Source: an uncultured Chloroflexia bacterium (GTDB lineage: Bacteria > Chloroflexota > Limnocylindria > Limnocylindrales > CSP1-4). From it: DNA of 64,000 nt. A model generated the notes under the pieces. It was not told the DNA's origin. It saw only the letters and a program-made list of their open reading frames with translations, and did not search any database. The stretch covers positions 160,001 through 224,000 of the forward strand of contig CAVXPZ010000001.1 in assembly GCA_963763775.1 (NCBI GenBank), written 5' to 3'. Below, piece by piece: positions 42,832 through 52,360 of this stretch; position 1 is the stretch's first letter; the number at the start of each line of letters is the position of its first letter. A program made the translations under genes and the position numbers.

Positions 42832-44055
42832 GTGGCAGACGATCCGAACCCGGCCCCCCGCCGCGCCCGAAAGCCCGAGCCGGACCCTGTGCCGGCCGAT
42901 GCCGGGACCGATCGATCCGGGTCCTCCCGAGGAGCTGGCCGAGGGCGACGAGCCGGGCCTGACGCCCGAGCCGACCCCCGCGGGACCGGACGCCGACGTC
43001 GCGGCGGTCGACGCAGACCTGCCCCCGCCCGGCGACGAGCCATCAGCCGACGACGACCGTGCCGAGGATGCGGCCGAGACGGACCCGGATCCCTCGGTCA
43101 GCGACGAGCCCGACGTTGGCGCATTCGCCGACGCGACCGCCGCCACGGCCGTCGCGGAAGACGTGGCCGACCCCACGCTCGACGCGGACCGCGACACGAC
43201 GCTCTGGTCGTCGCCCGGGGTCGAGCCAGCCACATCACTGCCGTGGCTCCAGGCGCGGTCCCCGGACGAGCGGATCTGCCCGTTCCTCCGCGCCGTCGCC
43301 GACGACGACGGCCTCGGGTTCCCGGTCGAGTCGCCGGACGCCGCGAACCGGTGTGCGGCGATGCACGACGCCGTGCCGCAGTCGCTCCGCCAGCAGGAGC
43401 TCGTCTGCCTGACGCCGTCCCACGTGAATTGCCCGCGCTACCTGCGCGGTGCGGCGGCGACGAGCGAGCCCGTCACCGCGGCCGTCCGGCCGAAGGCGAT
43501 CCTCACCCCGGCCATCAGCGCGGCGCTCGTGATCCTGGCGCTGTCCTTCGCGGCTTCGGTCGTCTTCGGTCTCGCCAACGGCGGGCTGGCCATGCCATCG
43601 AAGGCCGCGGCGACGGGTCCGGCGGCATCGGCATCGCGGTCGCGGCCGGGCCATCCGCGGCGAACCCCACGGCGACCGCCCCGTCCACGAGCGTCCCGAC
43701 GGGCACGCCCGCGCCATCCGGGTCGGCCGCCCCCGCGAGCAGCGAGCCATCGGGGAGCCCGGCCGCATCGCCGTCCGTCGCGCCGAGCCCGTCGGGCTCG
43801 CCATCCCCGGCAGCGACACCGAGGCCATCGGTGCCGGTCGGCGCGACCGGGACCGCGGCACGGTACAAGCTGCTGACCGCGTGTCCGGACAAGCCGAACT
43901 GCTGGATCTACCGGATCCGCTCGGGCGACAACCTGTTCAGCATCGCCAAGTACTTCGGCGTGTCGATCGCCCGGGTGAGGACGCTCAACCCCTGGACGAA
44001 GACGACGCGGTTGAAGGCCGGCCAGAAGCTGATCCTCCCGCCGCCGACCCGCTGA
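42832..44055 (+). CDS. LysM-domain membrane protein with N-terminal Cys/His motif, frameshifted
   Basis: CPFL..NRC..CL..HVNCPRY, TM, Pro/Ser linker, YRIRSGDNLFSIAKYFGVS..LN...LKAGQKLILP. Confidence 0.85.
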   Translation: MADDPNPAPRRARKPEPDPVPADAGTDRSGSSRGAGRGRRAGPDARADPRGTGRRRRGGRRRPAPARRRAISRRRPCRGCGRDGPGSLGQRRARRWRIRRRDRRHGRRGRRGRPHARRGPRHDALVVARGRASHITAVAPGAVPGRADLPVPPRRRRRRRPRVPGRVAGRREPVCGDARRRAAVAPPAGARLPDAVPRELPALPARCGGDERARHRGRPAEGDPHPGHQRGARDPGAVLRGFGRLRSRQRRAGHAIEGRGDGSGGIGIAVAAGPSAANPTATAPSTSVPTGTPAPSGSAAPASSEPSGSPAASPSVAPSPSGSPSPAATPRPSVPVGATGTAARYKLLTACPDKPNCWIYRIRSGDNLFSIAKYFGVSIARVRTLNPWTKTTRLKAGQKLILPPPTR

Positions 44056-44214
44056 CGGCGCAGCGCCGGACCTCCCTCGGTCCGAGCCGACCTCGAGACT
44101 GACGCACCCGCGCGTCCCGGACTCGCGCATCCCGTCGCGCCTCCGGCGACCCCGATGACACCCGGACGCCCCGTGTCGGCGTCCCGCTGCGCCTGGCCAC
44201 GTGCAAAACAGGCA

Positions 44215-44242
44215 TTGACGTGGGGCATCGGGCCGCTAGAAT
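44215..44242 (+). promoter_or_regulatory. sigma70-type dcw promoter
   Basis: TTGACG-N16-TAGAAT. Confidence 0.7.
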
Positions 44243-44248
44243 GGCCAG

Positions 44249-44276
44249 AAGTGGCGCGAAGTGGTGACAAGTGGGG
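44249..44276 (+). promoter_or_regulatory. MraZ binding direct repeats
   Basis: three AAGTGG units at exact 10-bp spacing (44249, 44259, 44269) just after the -10. Confidence 0.85.
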
Positions 44277-44394
44277 AATCACAGCCGACCCGCGATGACC
44301 CGCCCGAGGACCACGACCGCCCAGGCCTCGCGACCGGATCCCGCGCCACGACATCGAACGCGGTCCGACATATCGACAAGGGGAACCCCGACTG

Positions 44395-44823
44395 GTGTTC
44401 ACCGGCGAGTACCGGCACTCGGTGGACGACAAGGGACGCATCGCCGTCCCGGCTCGATTCCGCCCGCAGCTCGACTCCGGCGCGTATCTGTCGCGCTGGA
44501 TGGAGTCGTGCCTCGCCATCCACACACCGGCCGGCTGGGAGAGCCTCGCCTCGAAGATGGCGGCCCTCCCGATCACCGACACCAATGGCCGCCTGTTCTC
44601 GCGCTTCGTCTTCTCGGGCGCGTCACCGGCGGAGCTCGACCGGCAGGGACGAGTCCTCGTCCCGGCCTACCTGCGCGACGAGATCGGCGTGACCGATGAG
44701 GCCGTCGTCGTCGGCACGCGGGACCACGTGGAGATCTGGGCACCCGAGCGGTGGGACGTCTACCGCCGGGCGCTCGAGGACCCACAAGCGCTGGCCCAGG
44801 CCTTCGAGGGACTGGGCATCTAG
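44395..44823 (+). CDS. mraZ: division/cell wall cluster transcriptional repressor MraZ
   Basis: FTGEY.HSVDDKGRI.VPA.FR; DRQGRV.VP..LR; EIW. Confidence 0.97.
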   Translation: MFTGEYRHSVDDKGRIAVPARFRPQLDSGAYLSRWMESCLAIHTPAGWESLASKMAALPITDTNGRLFSRFVFSGASPAELDRQGRVLVPAYLRDEIGVTDEAVVVGTRDHVEIWAPERWDVYRRALEDPQALAQAFEGLGI

Positions 44824-44882
44824 CGCCACCACATGCGCTTCCAGGATCCGCTCGGGATCCGATCGTTCGGGATGGAGGAGAG

Positions 44883-45830
44883 ATGAAGGCAGGGCACGTT
44901 CCGGTGCTGGCGGTGGAGGTCGTTCAGATGCTCGCGCCCGCACCAGGCAGCCTTCAGATCGATGCCACCCTGGGCGGCGGTGGGCACACCGAGCGGATCC
45001 TGGAGGCGACCGACCCTGATGGCCGCCTCCTCGGCCTCGATGCCGATGGGGCGGCCGTCGCCAGAGTGGCCGATCGCCTCCAGCCCCGGTTCGGGGACCG
45101 CCTGGTCCTCCGCCAGGCGAACTTCCGCGAGCTCGCGACCGTCGCCCCGGACGCCGGCTTCGGCGTGGTCGACGGCTGCCTCTTCGATCTCGGGCTCTCG
45201 AGCTACCAGCTCGCGGACACGGACCGCGGGTTCGGGTTCCGCGCCGGCGGCCCGCTCGACATGCGCTTCGACACCTCGCGCGGCGTCCCGGCATCCGAGC
45301 TCCTCGCCACCCTCGATGCGGGCGAGCTGACCGCCCTCTTCCGGCGCTACGGCGAGGAACCGAAGGCGCCGCGCATCGCCCGGGCCGTCGTCGACGCGCG
45401 TCGGGTCGCCCCCGTCGTCACCGCCGAGGAACTCGCCGCGCTGATCGAGCGGGTCGCCCCGCCGAACCCTCGCCAGCCTCGGCGGACCCACCCGGCCACG
45501 CGGGTCTTCCAGGCGTTGCGGATCGCGGTCAACGAGGAGCTCGACGCCCTCGAGGCGGGCCTCGCCGCCGCCCTCGACCTCCTCCGGCCGGGCGGTCGCC
45601 TGGTCGTCCTGAGCTACCACTCGCTCGAGGACCGGATCGTCAAACGCTTCATGGCCGCGGAGCGTCGCGGCTGCGTCTGCCCACCCGAGGTCCCCGTCTG
45701 CGTCTGCGGCCGGAATCCTCGCCTTCGACTCGTCACGCGGCCATCGATGACGCCATCCGCGTCCGAGATCGCCGCCAATCCACGTGCCCGGAGCGCCCGC
45801 CTGCGGGCCGCCGAGCGCCTCGCCGCCTAG
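44883..45830 (+). CDS. rsmH: 16S rRNA m4C1402 methyltransferase
   Basis: HVPVL, DATLGGGGH, DLGLSS.QL, PLDMR, YHSLEDRIVK, NPRARSARLR. Confidence 0.97.
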   Translation: MKAGHVPVLAVEVVQMLAPAPGSLQIDATLGGGGHTERILEATDPDGRLLGLDADGAAVARVADRLQPRFGDRLVLRQANFRELATVAPDAGFGVVDGCLFDLGLSSYQLADTDRGFGFRAGGPLDMRFDTSRGVPASELLATLDAGELTALFRRYGEEPKAPRIARAVVDARRVAPVVTAEELAALIERVAPPNPRQPRRTHPATRVFQALRIAVNEELDALEAGLAAALDLLRPGGRLVVLSYHSLEDRIVKRFMAAERRGCVCPPEVPVCVCGRNPRLRLVTRPSMTPSASEIAANPRARSARLRAAERLAA

Positions 45831-45907
45831 GGCCCAAGTCCATCGAGCCGATGGTCGAGCCGGCCGGAGGGGCCGCGCCGCCGCCAGCAACGGAAGGAGG
45901 AGTCCAC

Positions 45908-46105
45908 ATGAGCAAGCGCCACCAATCGAGTCGTCGAAAGGCGTACGGCCGGCGTCTGCACGAGGTGCGCGAGCGCACCGACCGCCAGCAGCACCATGAG
46001 GGCTTCGAGCTCGAGCTCGACGAATGGGGTCCGTCGGCCCCGTCCGACCCGCTCGCCTTCCTTGACCCCCGCAGCCCGCGGCTGCGCTTCGCGTCGGCCG
46101 ATTGA
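45908..46105 (+). CDS. small hypothetical protein inside the dcw cluster
   Basis: 65 aa, AAGGAGG RBS, stop abuts the ftsL start. Confidence 0.6.
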   Translation: MSKRHQSSRRKAYGRRLHEVRERTDRQQHHEGFELELDEWGPSAPSDPLAFLDPRSPRLRFASAD

Positions 46106-46107
46106 CG

Positions 46108-46503
46108 ATGGCCGTCTACGAGGGCGCCCGCCCGCGCACGATCGCTCCGCGGCCGATCGCGATCCCCGGCCGCCCGCGGGTCGCCGAAGGGTCGACGCTG
46201 GGGCGTCGCAAGATGCGGTCCGCGGTCCGCGCCGGCCGCCGGACCAACCGGCTCAGCCTCGTCCTGGGCGTCATCGTGGTGGCGTTCCTGCTCGCCTTCT
46301 TCTGGCTGGCCCAGGTCGTCCGGGAGTCGTCGACGAGCTACGACATCGGCCGACTCGAGGTCGTGCGGAGCCGACTCGACGCCCGCGCCCAGGAGCTGCA
46401 CTCGGACCTGAGCCGGCTCGGCAGCGAGCCGGCGATCCGGAAGCTTTCCATCGACGCCGGCCTCGGCCAGCTCGGAGAGCCGATCGTCCTGCCGGCCCGC
46501 TGA
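46108..46503 (+). CDS. ftsL: cell division protein FtsL-like
   Basis: position between rsmH and ftsI; basic N-terminus, TM, short coiled coil. Confidence 0.7.
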   Translation: MAVYEGARPRTIAPRPIAIPGRPRVAEGSTLGRRKMRSAVRAGRRTNRLSLVLGVIVVAFLLAFFWLAQVVRESSTSYDIGRLEVVRSRLDARAQELHSDLSRLGSEPAIRKLSIDAGLGQLGEPIVLPAR

Positions 46504-46519
46504 GCGATCGACCGAACCG

Positions 46520-48352
46520 ATGCTGGGTCGTACCGATTCCCGTTCCCGCCTCCTCCTCCTGCTGATCGTCTTCGTGGTCGCGTCGCTGGCGCTCATCGGC
46601 CGGCTCGCGTACTGGCAGGTCCTGCAGCGGGACATGCTGACCACCAGGGCGGTGGCCCAGACCACGGCCAAGGTGTCGGAGCCGACCCAGCGCGGCGACA
46701 TCTATGACCGGAGCGGGACGGTGCTGCTCGCGACGACGGTCGAACGCGACCGGCTTGTCGCGTCCACCGCGAACCTGACCCCGCAGCAGCGGAGGCAGAC
46801 CGCCGACGAGCTCGTCGGGATGCTCGCCCTCGATCCCGAAGGCGCGATGGCGCTCCGGGACAAGATCAACGCCGGGAAGCCGTACGTGGTCCTCGCCCGC
46901 GAGATCACGCCGGTGCTCTCCGCGCGGATCCGCAGCGGGATCGCGGCGAACCGGCTCTTCGGGATCGCGCTCGAGCCGGAGCCGGTGCGGGTCTATCCGC
47001 AGACGGGCGGTGGGCCGGACTCCTCGCTGGCCGCCCAGCTCCTCGGGTTCGTCAACCGCGACGGGACCGGCCAGTACGGGATCGAGCAGGCCTACCAGGA
47101 CACGCTCGCCGGCACGCCGCGAGTCGTCCTCGCCGACCGCGACGCCCGCGGCCAACCGCTCATGGACTCTGCGAGCGTCCTCGACGGCGGCGTCCCGGGC
47201 CAGGACCTCCGCACCACCATCGACGCCGGCCTGCAGCTCAAGGTGGAGCAGGAACTCCTCGCCGCGTGGGTCGCCGACAAGGCCAAGAGCGTGTCGGCCA
47301 TCGTCATGGACCCGTACACCGGCGAGGTCTACGCCGAGGCGACCTACCCCTCGTACGACGCGAACACCTACCGACAGGTCGCGACGGTCGATCCGGAGCG
47401 CTTCATCGACCCGGTGGTCTCGAGCGTCTACGAGCCGGGCTCCGTCTTCAAGATGATGACCGCCACGGCAGCTCTGGAGCACAATACGGTCGAACTCACG
47501 ACGAAGATCAAGGACACCGGCACGCTCAAGCTCGACGGCGGCCGGGACAAGATCGACGACGCCGACCGCAAGGGCCGTGGCTGGATGACGTTCCAGGACG
47601 GCGTCGCCTTCTCGCGCAACGTCGTGGCGGCCAAGGTGGCGCTCGGGATGGCGAAGACCACCCGCAAGGCCTCGGCGATCCTGTACGACACGTGGCTCAA
47701 GCTCGGCTTCGGGGCCAAGACCGGCATCGACCTCGCGAACGAGGTGTCCGGCATCGTCCGCGACCCGGGACTCACGCCGTGGAGCCAGATCGACCTGGCC
47801 AACGGCTCGTTCGGCCAGGGCGTGGCGGTCACGCCGATCCAGCTCGCGACCGCGTACGCGGCCCTGATGAACGGCGGCACGATGATCCAGCCGCACGTCG
47901 TCAAGGCCGTCGGCGACCGCGAGGTCGACGCCGTCCCGAAGGGGCAGGTCGTGGACCCGACGCTGTCCGGGCAGCTGGTCAAGCTCATGAACCGGGTGAT
48001 CTCGATCGTGCCGACCTACACGAGCCGGACCGAGGTGCCCGGCTACGAGGTCGGCGGCAAGACCGGCACGGCGCAGATCTGGGACTCGAAGGCCCGAGGC
48101 GGACGCGGGGACTGGAAGCGCAACCTGTTCAACTACTCGTTCGTCGGATACATCGCCCGCGAGAAGCACACGCCCGACCTGGTCGTCGCGATCCGGATCG
48201 AGGAAGGCAAGCCCACCGTCGCTCGCGTCGGCCAGCTCGAGATGCCCGTGATGTCGTTCCAGCTCTTCCGACGGATCGCCACCGATGCGATCACGACCCC
48301 GGACCTGCTCGCCGATCGTCCGCCGACGAACGGCCTGACGCCGGACCGGTGA
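46520..48352 (+). CDS. ftsI: class B penicillin-binding protein
   Basis: RGDIYDRSG, RVYP, YEPGSVFK (SxxK), SRN, KTGTAQ. Confidence 0.92.
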   Translation: MLGRTDSRSRLLLLLIVFVVASLALIGRLAYWQVLQRDMLTTRAVAQTTAKVSEPTQRGDIYDRSGTVLLATTVERDRLVASTANLTPQQRRQTADELVGMLALDPEGAMALRDKINAGKPYVVLAREITPVLSARIRSGIAANRLFGIALEPEPVRVYPQTGGGPDSSLAAQLLGFVNRDGTGQYGIEQAYQDTLAGTPRVVLADRDARGQPLMDSASVLDGGVPGQDLRTTIDAGLQLKVEQELLAAWVADKAKSVSAIVMDPYTGEVYAEATYPSYDANTYRQVATVDPERFIDPVVSSVYEPGSVFKMMTATAALEHNTVELTTKIKDTGTLKLDGGRDKIDDADRKGRGWMTFQDGVAFSRNVVAAKVALGMAKTTRKASAILYDTWLKLGFGAKTGIDLANEVSGIVRDPGLTPWSQIDLANGSFGQGVAVTPIQLATAYAALMNGGTMIQPHVVKAVGDREVDAVPKGQVVDPTLSGQLVKLMNRVISIVPTYTSRTEVPGYEVGGKTGTAQIWDSKARGGRGDWKRNLFNYSFVGYIAREKHTPDLVVAIRIEEGKPTVARVGQLEMPVMSFQLFRRIATDAITTPDLLADRPPTNGLTPDR

Positions 48353-49821
48353 CCGGGGCCGATGCCACGCTGGGCGCCGTGACCGACATCGACCCGCCGC
48401 CGGCCTCCGCATCGACCCCGGACGAGGGGCCGGCCATGACGGCAGAGGAGGTCGCTCGCCTGACTGGCGGGCGGCTCCTGGCGACGTCGTCGCGCACGAT
48501 CCGTGGCGCGGTCGTGGACTCCCGCGCGGTCGGTCCCGGGATGGTCTTCGTCGCCCTCCCGGGCGAGCGCACCGACGGGCACGCCTACCTCGCTGACGCC
48601 GTCGCGGCCGGTGCCGCCGCTCTCGTCGTGACCCGTCCGCCGGCCGACGCGGCGGCACTCGGCGACGTGACGGTGGTCCGTGTGGCCGACGCGCTGTCGG
48701 CCCTCGGCGCCCTCGCCGCCGGGTGGCGTCGCCGGTTCGACCCGCTCGTCGTGGGAGTGACCGGCAGCATCGCGAAGACGTCGACCAAGGAGGCCGTCGC
48801 CGCGGTGCTCGGACGACGGTTCCGGACCCTCAAGAACGAGGGCAACCTGAACAACGAGATCGGGCTGCCCCTGACCGTGCTGCAGCTCCGGCCCGAACAC
48901 CAGGCGGCGGTCCTCGAGATGGGGATGTACGTCGGCGGGGAGATCGCCGACCTCGCCCGGATCGCCCGCCCGTCGATCGGCGTCGTGACCGCGGTCCAGG
49001 CCGTCCACCTCGCCCGGATCGGTTCCATCGACGCCATCGAGGCAGCGAAAGCGGAGCTCGTCGAGGCCCTGCCGGCCACCGGGACCGCCGTGCTCAACGC
49101 CGACGACCCCATCGTCCGACGGATGGCGAGCCGGACCGCCGCTCGATCCCTCACCTACGGATTCGCCGAGGATGCCGACGTCTGCGCCGAGTCGGTGGTG
49201 TCGGCCGGCATCGACGGGATGCGCTTCACCCTGCGCGCGGCCGGCGAACGGCGGAGCGCGCGCACCCCGTCACTGGGCCGGCTCTCGGTCCACAACGCGC
49301 TGGCGGCGGCGGCGACGGGGCTCGCGGCCGGCCTCTCACTCGACGACATCCTGGCGGGGATCGCTGTCGGCTGGTCGGCGCCGCATCGCGTCGAGCTCGT
49401 CCGTCTCGGGTCCGTGACCGTGATCGACGACAGCTACAACGCCTCACCCGGATCGATGCAGGCCGCCCTCGAACTCCTCGCCGAGTTGCCCGGGCGACGG
49501 GTGGCGGTGCTCGGGGAGATGCTCGAGCTCGGGGACGCGCATGAGGCCGGGCACCACGCCGTCGGGGAGACCGCGGGCCGGGTCGCCGACCTGCTCGTGG
49601 TGGTCGGACCCGACGCGCGAGAGATGGTCGAGGGGGCGTCGGACGCCGGCCTGGCCGCGTCGCGGATCCATCATGTCGACGATGCCGCCGCCGCGCTCGA
49701 CGTCCTGCGGCCGCGGCTGCGCGACGGCGACGTCGTGCTGGTCAAGGCGTCGCGCGGGATCGGCCTGGACGTCCTCGTGGCGGCACTCCGCGCAGAGCAT
49801 GCCGGCGAGACCGCCCGATGA
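48349..49821 (+). CDS. murF: UDP-MurNAc-tripeptide--D-Ala-D-Ala ligase
   Basis: DSR, GERTDGH, TGSIAKTSTKE, NNEIGLP, EMGM, DDSYNASP, VKASRG; start uncertain. Confidence 0.93.
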   Translation: MTGADATLGAVTDIDPPPASASTPDEGPAMTAEEVARLTGGRLLATSSRTIRGAVVDSRAVGPGMVFVALPGERTDGHAYLADAVAAGAAALVVTRPPADAAALGDVTVVRVADALSALGALAAGWRRRFDPLVVGVTGSIAKTSTKEAVAAVLGRRFRTLKNEGNLNNEIGLPLTVLQLRPEHQAAVLEMGMYVGGEIADLARIARPSIGVVTAVQAVHLARIGSIDAIEAAKAELVEALPATGTAVLNADDPIVRRMASRTAARSLTYGFAEDADVCAESVVSAGIDGMRFTLRAAGERRSARTPSLGRLSVHNALAAAATGLAAGLSLDDILAGIAVGWSAPHRVELVRLGSVTVIDDSYNASPGSMQAALELLAELPGRRVAVLGEMLELGDAHEAGHHAVGETAGRVADLLVVVGPDAREMVEGASDAGLAASRIHHVDDAAAALDVLRPRLRDGDVVLVKASRGIGLDVLVAALRAEHAGETAR

Positions 49822-50795
49822 CGGTGGAGCTGATCCAGGGGCTGCTCCTGGCGTTCGCCCTGGTCGTGATCCTGATGCCGCCCTACATCCGGCTCCTCCA
49901 GAACGTCGGGTTCGGGAAGCACATCCGGGCGGAGGGGCCGGAGAGCCACTACCGCAAGGAAGGGACGCCGACGATGGGCGGGCTCCTTGTCGTCGTGGTC
50001 GTGCTGGGGATCTACTTCTTCCTGCGGCAGCCCGATGCCGCGACCTTCGCCCCGTTGGCCGCGCTGGCGGGTGTCGGCTTCCTTGGGGCGATCGACGACT
50101 ATCTCAACGCGCGACGGGGGGAGGGGATCCGGGCGCGGCAGAAGCTGATCTGGCTGACCGTCGTCGCCGTCATCGCCGCCTACCAGATCCAGCAGACCTA
50201 CGACATCACCGCCATCGCGGTGCCGTTCGTGGGCGCGGTCGCGATCGATCCGCGGCTCTACATCATCTTCGCGGCGTTCGCGATCGTCGCCTCCGCGAAC
50301 GGCGTGAACCTCACCGACGGCCTCGACGGGCTGTCAGGCGGCACCGTCGCCATCGCGTTCGTCGCGTACATGCTCATCGCGCTGCTCAACGTGCCCAACC
50401 AGGCGAACCTTGCGCTGCTCTGCGCGCTGATCATCGGCGCGCTCCTGGGCTTCCTCTGGTTCAACGTCCACCCGGCCCAGGTGTTCATCGGCGACTCGGG
50501 GGCGCTCGCGCTCGGTGCCACGCTCGCCGTGACCGCGCTCATCACGGGCCAGATCCTCGTGCTGCCCCTCATCGGGATCATCTTCGTGGTCGAGACGATC
50601 TCGGTGATCGTCCAGGTGGGCTACTTCAAGTTGAGCGGCGGCAAGCGGCTGCTCCGCATGAGTCCGCTGCATCACCACTTCGAGCTCGGCGGCTGGGACG
50701 AGGAGAAGATCACGATCCGGTTCTGGATCGTCGGGATCCTCGCCGCCCTGCTCGGCGTGACCCTCTTCCTTGCGTCGCTGAGCCGCCTGGCGTGA
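49818..50795 (+). CDS. mraY: phospho-MurNAc-pentapeptide transferase
   Basis: GTPTMGG, DDY, NLTDGLDGL, FIGDSG, PLHHHFE. Confidence 0.97.
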   Translation: MTVELIQGLLLAFALVVILMPPYIRLLQNVGFGKHIRAEGPESHYRKEGTPTMGGLLVVVVVLGIYFFLRQPDAATFAPLAALAGVGFLGAIDDYLNARRGEGIRARQKLIWLTVVAVIAAYQIQQTYDITAIAVPFVGAVAIDPRLYIIFAAFAIVASANGVNLTDGLDGLSGGTVAIAFVAYMLIALLNVPNQANLALLCALIIGALLGFLWFNVHPAQVFIGDSGALALGATLAVTALITGQILVLPLIGIIFVVETISVIVQVGYFKLSGGKRLLRMSPLHHHFELGGWDEEKITIRFWIVGILAALLGVTLFLASLSRLA

Positions 50796-52360
50796 TGGCG
50801 ATGACCTCCACCCGACCGATCGATCCCGACGCCCTCACGCTCGACGGCGTCCTGTCGGGCGAGCTGCGCGACCGACCCGTGACGGTGCTGGGGTTCGCCC
50901 GGAGCGGCATCGCGCTGAGCCGGTTCCTCGCCGATGCCGGGGCTCGTGTGACCGTCTACGACGGCCGGCCGGCGGAGGACCTCCGTCCGGCGATCACCGC
51001 CCTCGACGGCCGGGACGTGACGTTGCTCCTCGGGCCGGAGGTCGATCCGGCGACCGCCTGGGCCGGCGCGGACCTCGTGACGACGTCGCCGTCGATCAAC
51101 CCCGACTACCCGACGACCGAGCCGCGCCTCCGGGCCGCGCTGCGGGACCTGGTGGACGCTCGGGCGGGCGGCGATCCGGCCGTCCCCGCGGTGGTCTCCG
51201 AGCCCGACCTGTTCCTTCGCCTGTGTCCGGCACCGACCATCGGGGTCACCGGCACCAAGGGCAAGACGACGACGTCCTCGTTGGCCGCGGCGATCCTGGC
51301 GGCGGACCCGTCGCATCCCGTCGTCCTCGGCGGCAACATCGGTGTGCCGATCATCGAGCGCCTGCCGACGCTGACCGTGGGCCATAGGGTCGTGGACGAG
51401 CTCTCCGAGCTCCAGCTCCCGACGTTGTCGCGCGGCACGACGGTGGCCGTCTACACGAACGTCACCGCCGACCATCTGGACCGGCACGGGTCGCTCGAGC
51501 GCTATCGCGCCGCGAAGCGGCGGCTCGCCGAGCTGGTCGACCCGGACGGCGCGATGATCCTCAACGCGGAGGACCCGGTCGTGACCGCGTATGCGGGCCT
51601 CGGCCGCGCCCCGACCGTCATGTACCGGCGCGAGCGGCCCATGCCGGGCGGCCTCGGCGTCGTCGACGGGTGGATCGTGGCCGCCGGCGTCGAACGGCTG
51701 CCGGTGGCCGGTGGCGGCCCGGCGGCGACCGGTCCGGGCGGCCGCATCATGCCGACCGGGGAGCTGGCGATCCCCGGCGCGCACAACGTCTCGAACGCCC
51801 TGGCCGCGATCGGCGTCGGGCTGCTGTTCGGCGTCGCGCCGGATGCGATCCGCGAGGCGGCGGCGGCCTTCACCGGCGTGGAGCATCGACTGGAGTCGGT
51901 CGCGCTGATCGACGGCGTCCGCTTCGTGAACGATTCGCAGGGGACGCAGCCGGACGCCGTCATCGCCGCGCTCCGGGCGTTCGACGCCCCGATCGTGCTG
52001 ATCGCCGGCGGGCGCGACAAGGACGTCGATCTGAGCGCCCTGCCGCCGGTCGTCGCGCAACGGGCCGTCGCGGCGGTGCTCATCGGCGAAAGCGGTCCGA
52101 GGCTCGAGGCGATGTTCCGAGAAGCCGGCCTCGCCGACACGCAGCGAGCGGCCACGCTCGAGGCGGCCGTCCGCATCGCCGATGGTGTCGCCCGTACGGC
52201 CCTGGCCGCCGCCGGCCCGACCGCTGATCACGCCACCGTGCTGCTGAGCCCGGCGGCGGCGAGCTTCGACATGTTCACCGACTACGCGGCGCGCGGCGCC
52301 GCCTTCAAGACGGCCGTCGCCGCGCTGGCGAAGGACCGCGCTCGAGGGAGGGACCGATGA
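50795..52360 (+). CDS. murD: UDP-MurNAc-L-Ala--D-Glu ligase
   Basis: GFARSG, TGTKGKTTT, DHLDRH, HRLE, NDSQGT, LLSPAAASFDMF..Y..RG..F. Confidence 0.93.
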   Translation: MAMTSTRPIDPDALTLDGVLSGELRDRPVTVLGFARSGIALSRFLADAGARVTVYDGRPAEDLRPAITALDGRDVTLLLGPEVDPATAWAGADLVTTSPSINPDYPTTEPRLRAALRDLVDARAGGDPAVPAVVSEPDLFLRLCPAPTIGVTGTKGKTTTSSLAAAILAADPSHPVVLGGNIGVPIIERLPTLTVGHRVVDELSELQLPTLSRGTTVAVYTNVTADHLDRHGSLERYRAAKRRLAELVDPDGAMILNAEDPVVTAYAGLGRAPTVMYRRERPMPGGLGVVDGWIVAAGVERLPVAGGGPAATGPGGRIMPTGELAIPGAHNVSNALAAIGVGLLFGVAPDAIREAAAAFTGVEHRLESVALIDGVRFVNDSQGTQPDAVIAALRAFDAPIVLIAGGRDKDVDLSALPPVVAQRAVAAVLIGESGPRLEAMFREAGLADTQRAATLEAAVRIADGVARTALAAAGPTADHATVLLSPAAASFDMFTDYAARGAAFKTAVAALAKDRARGRDR

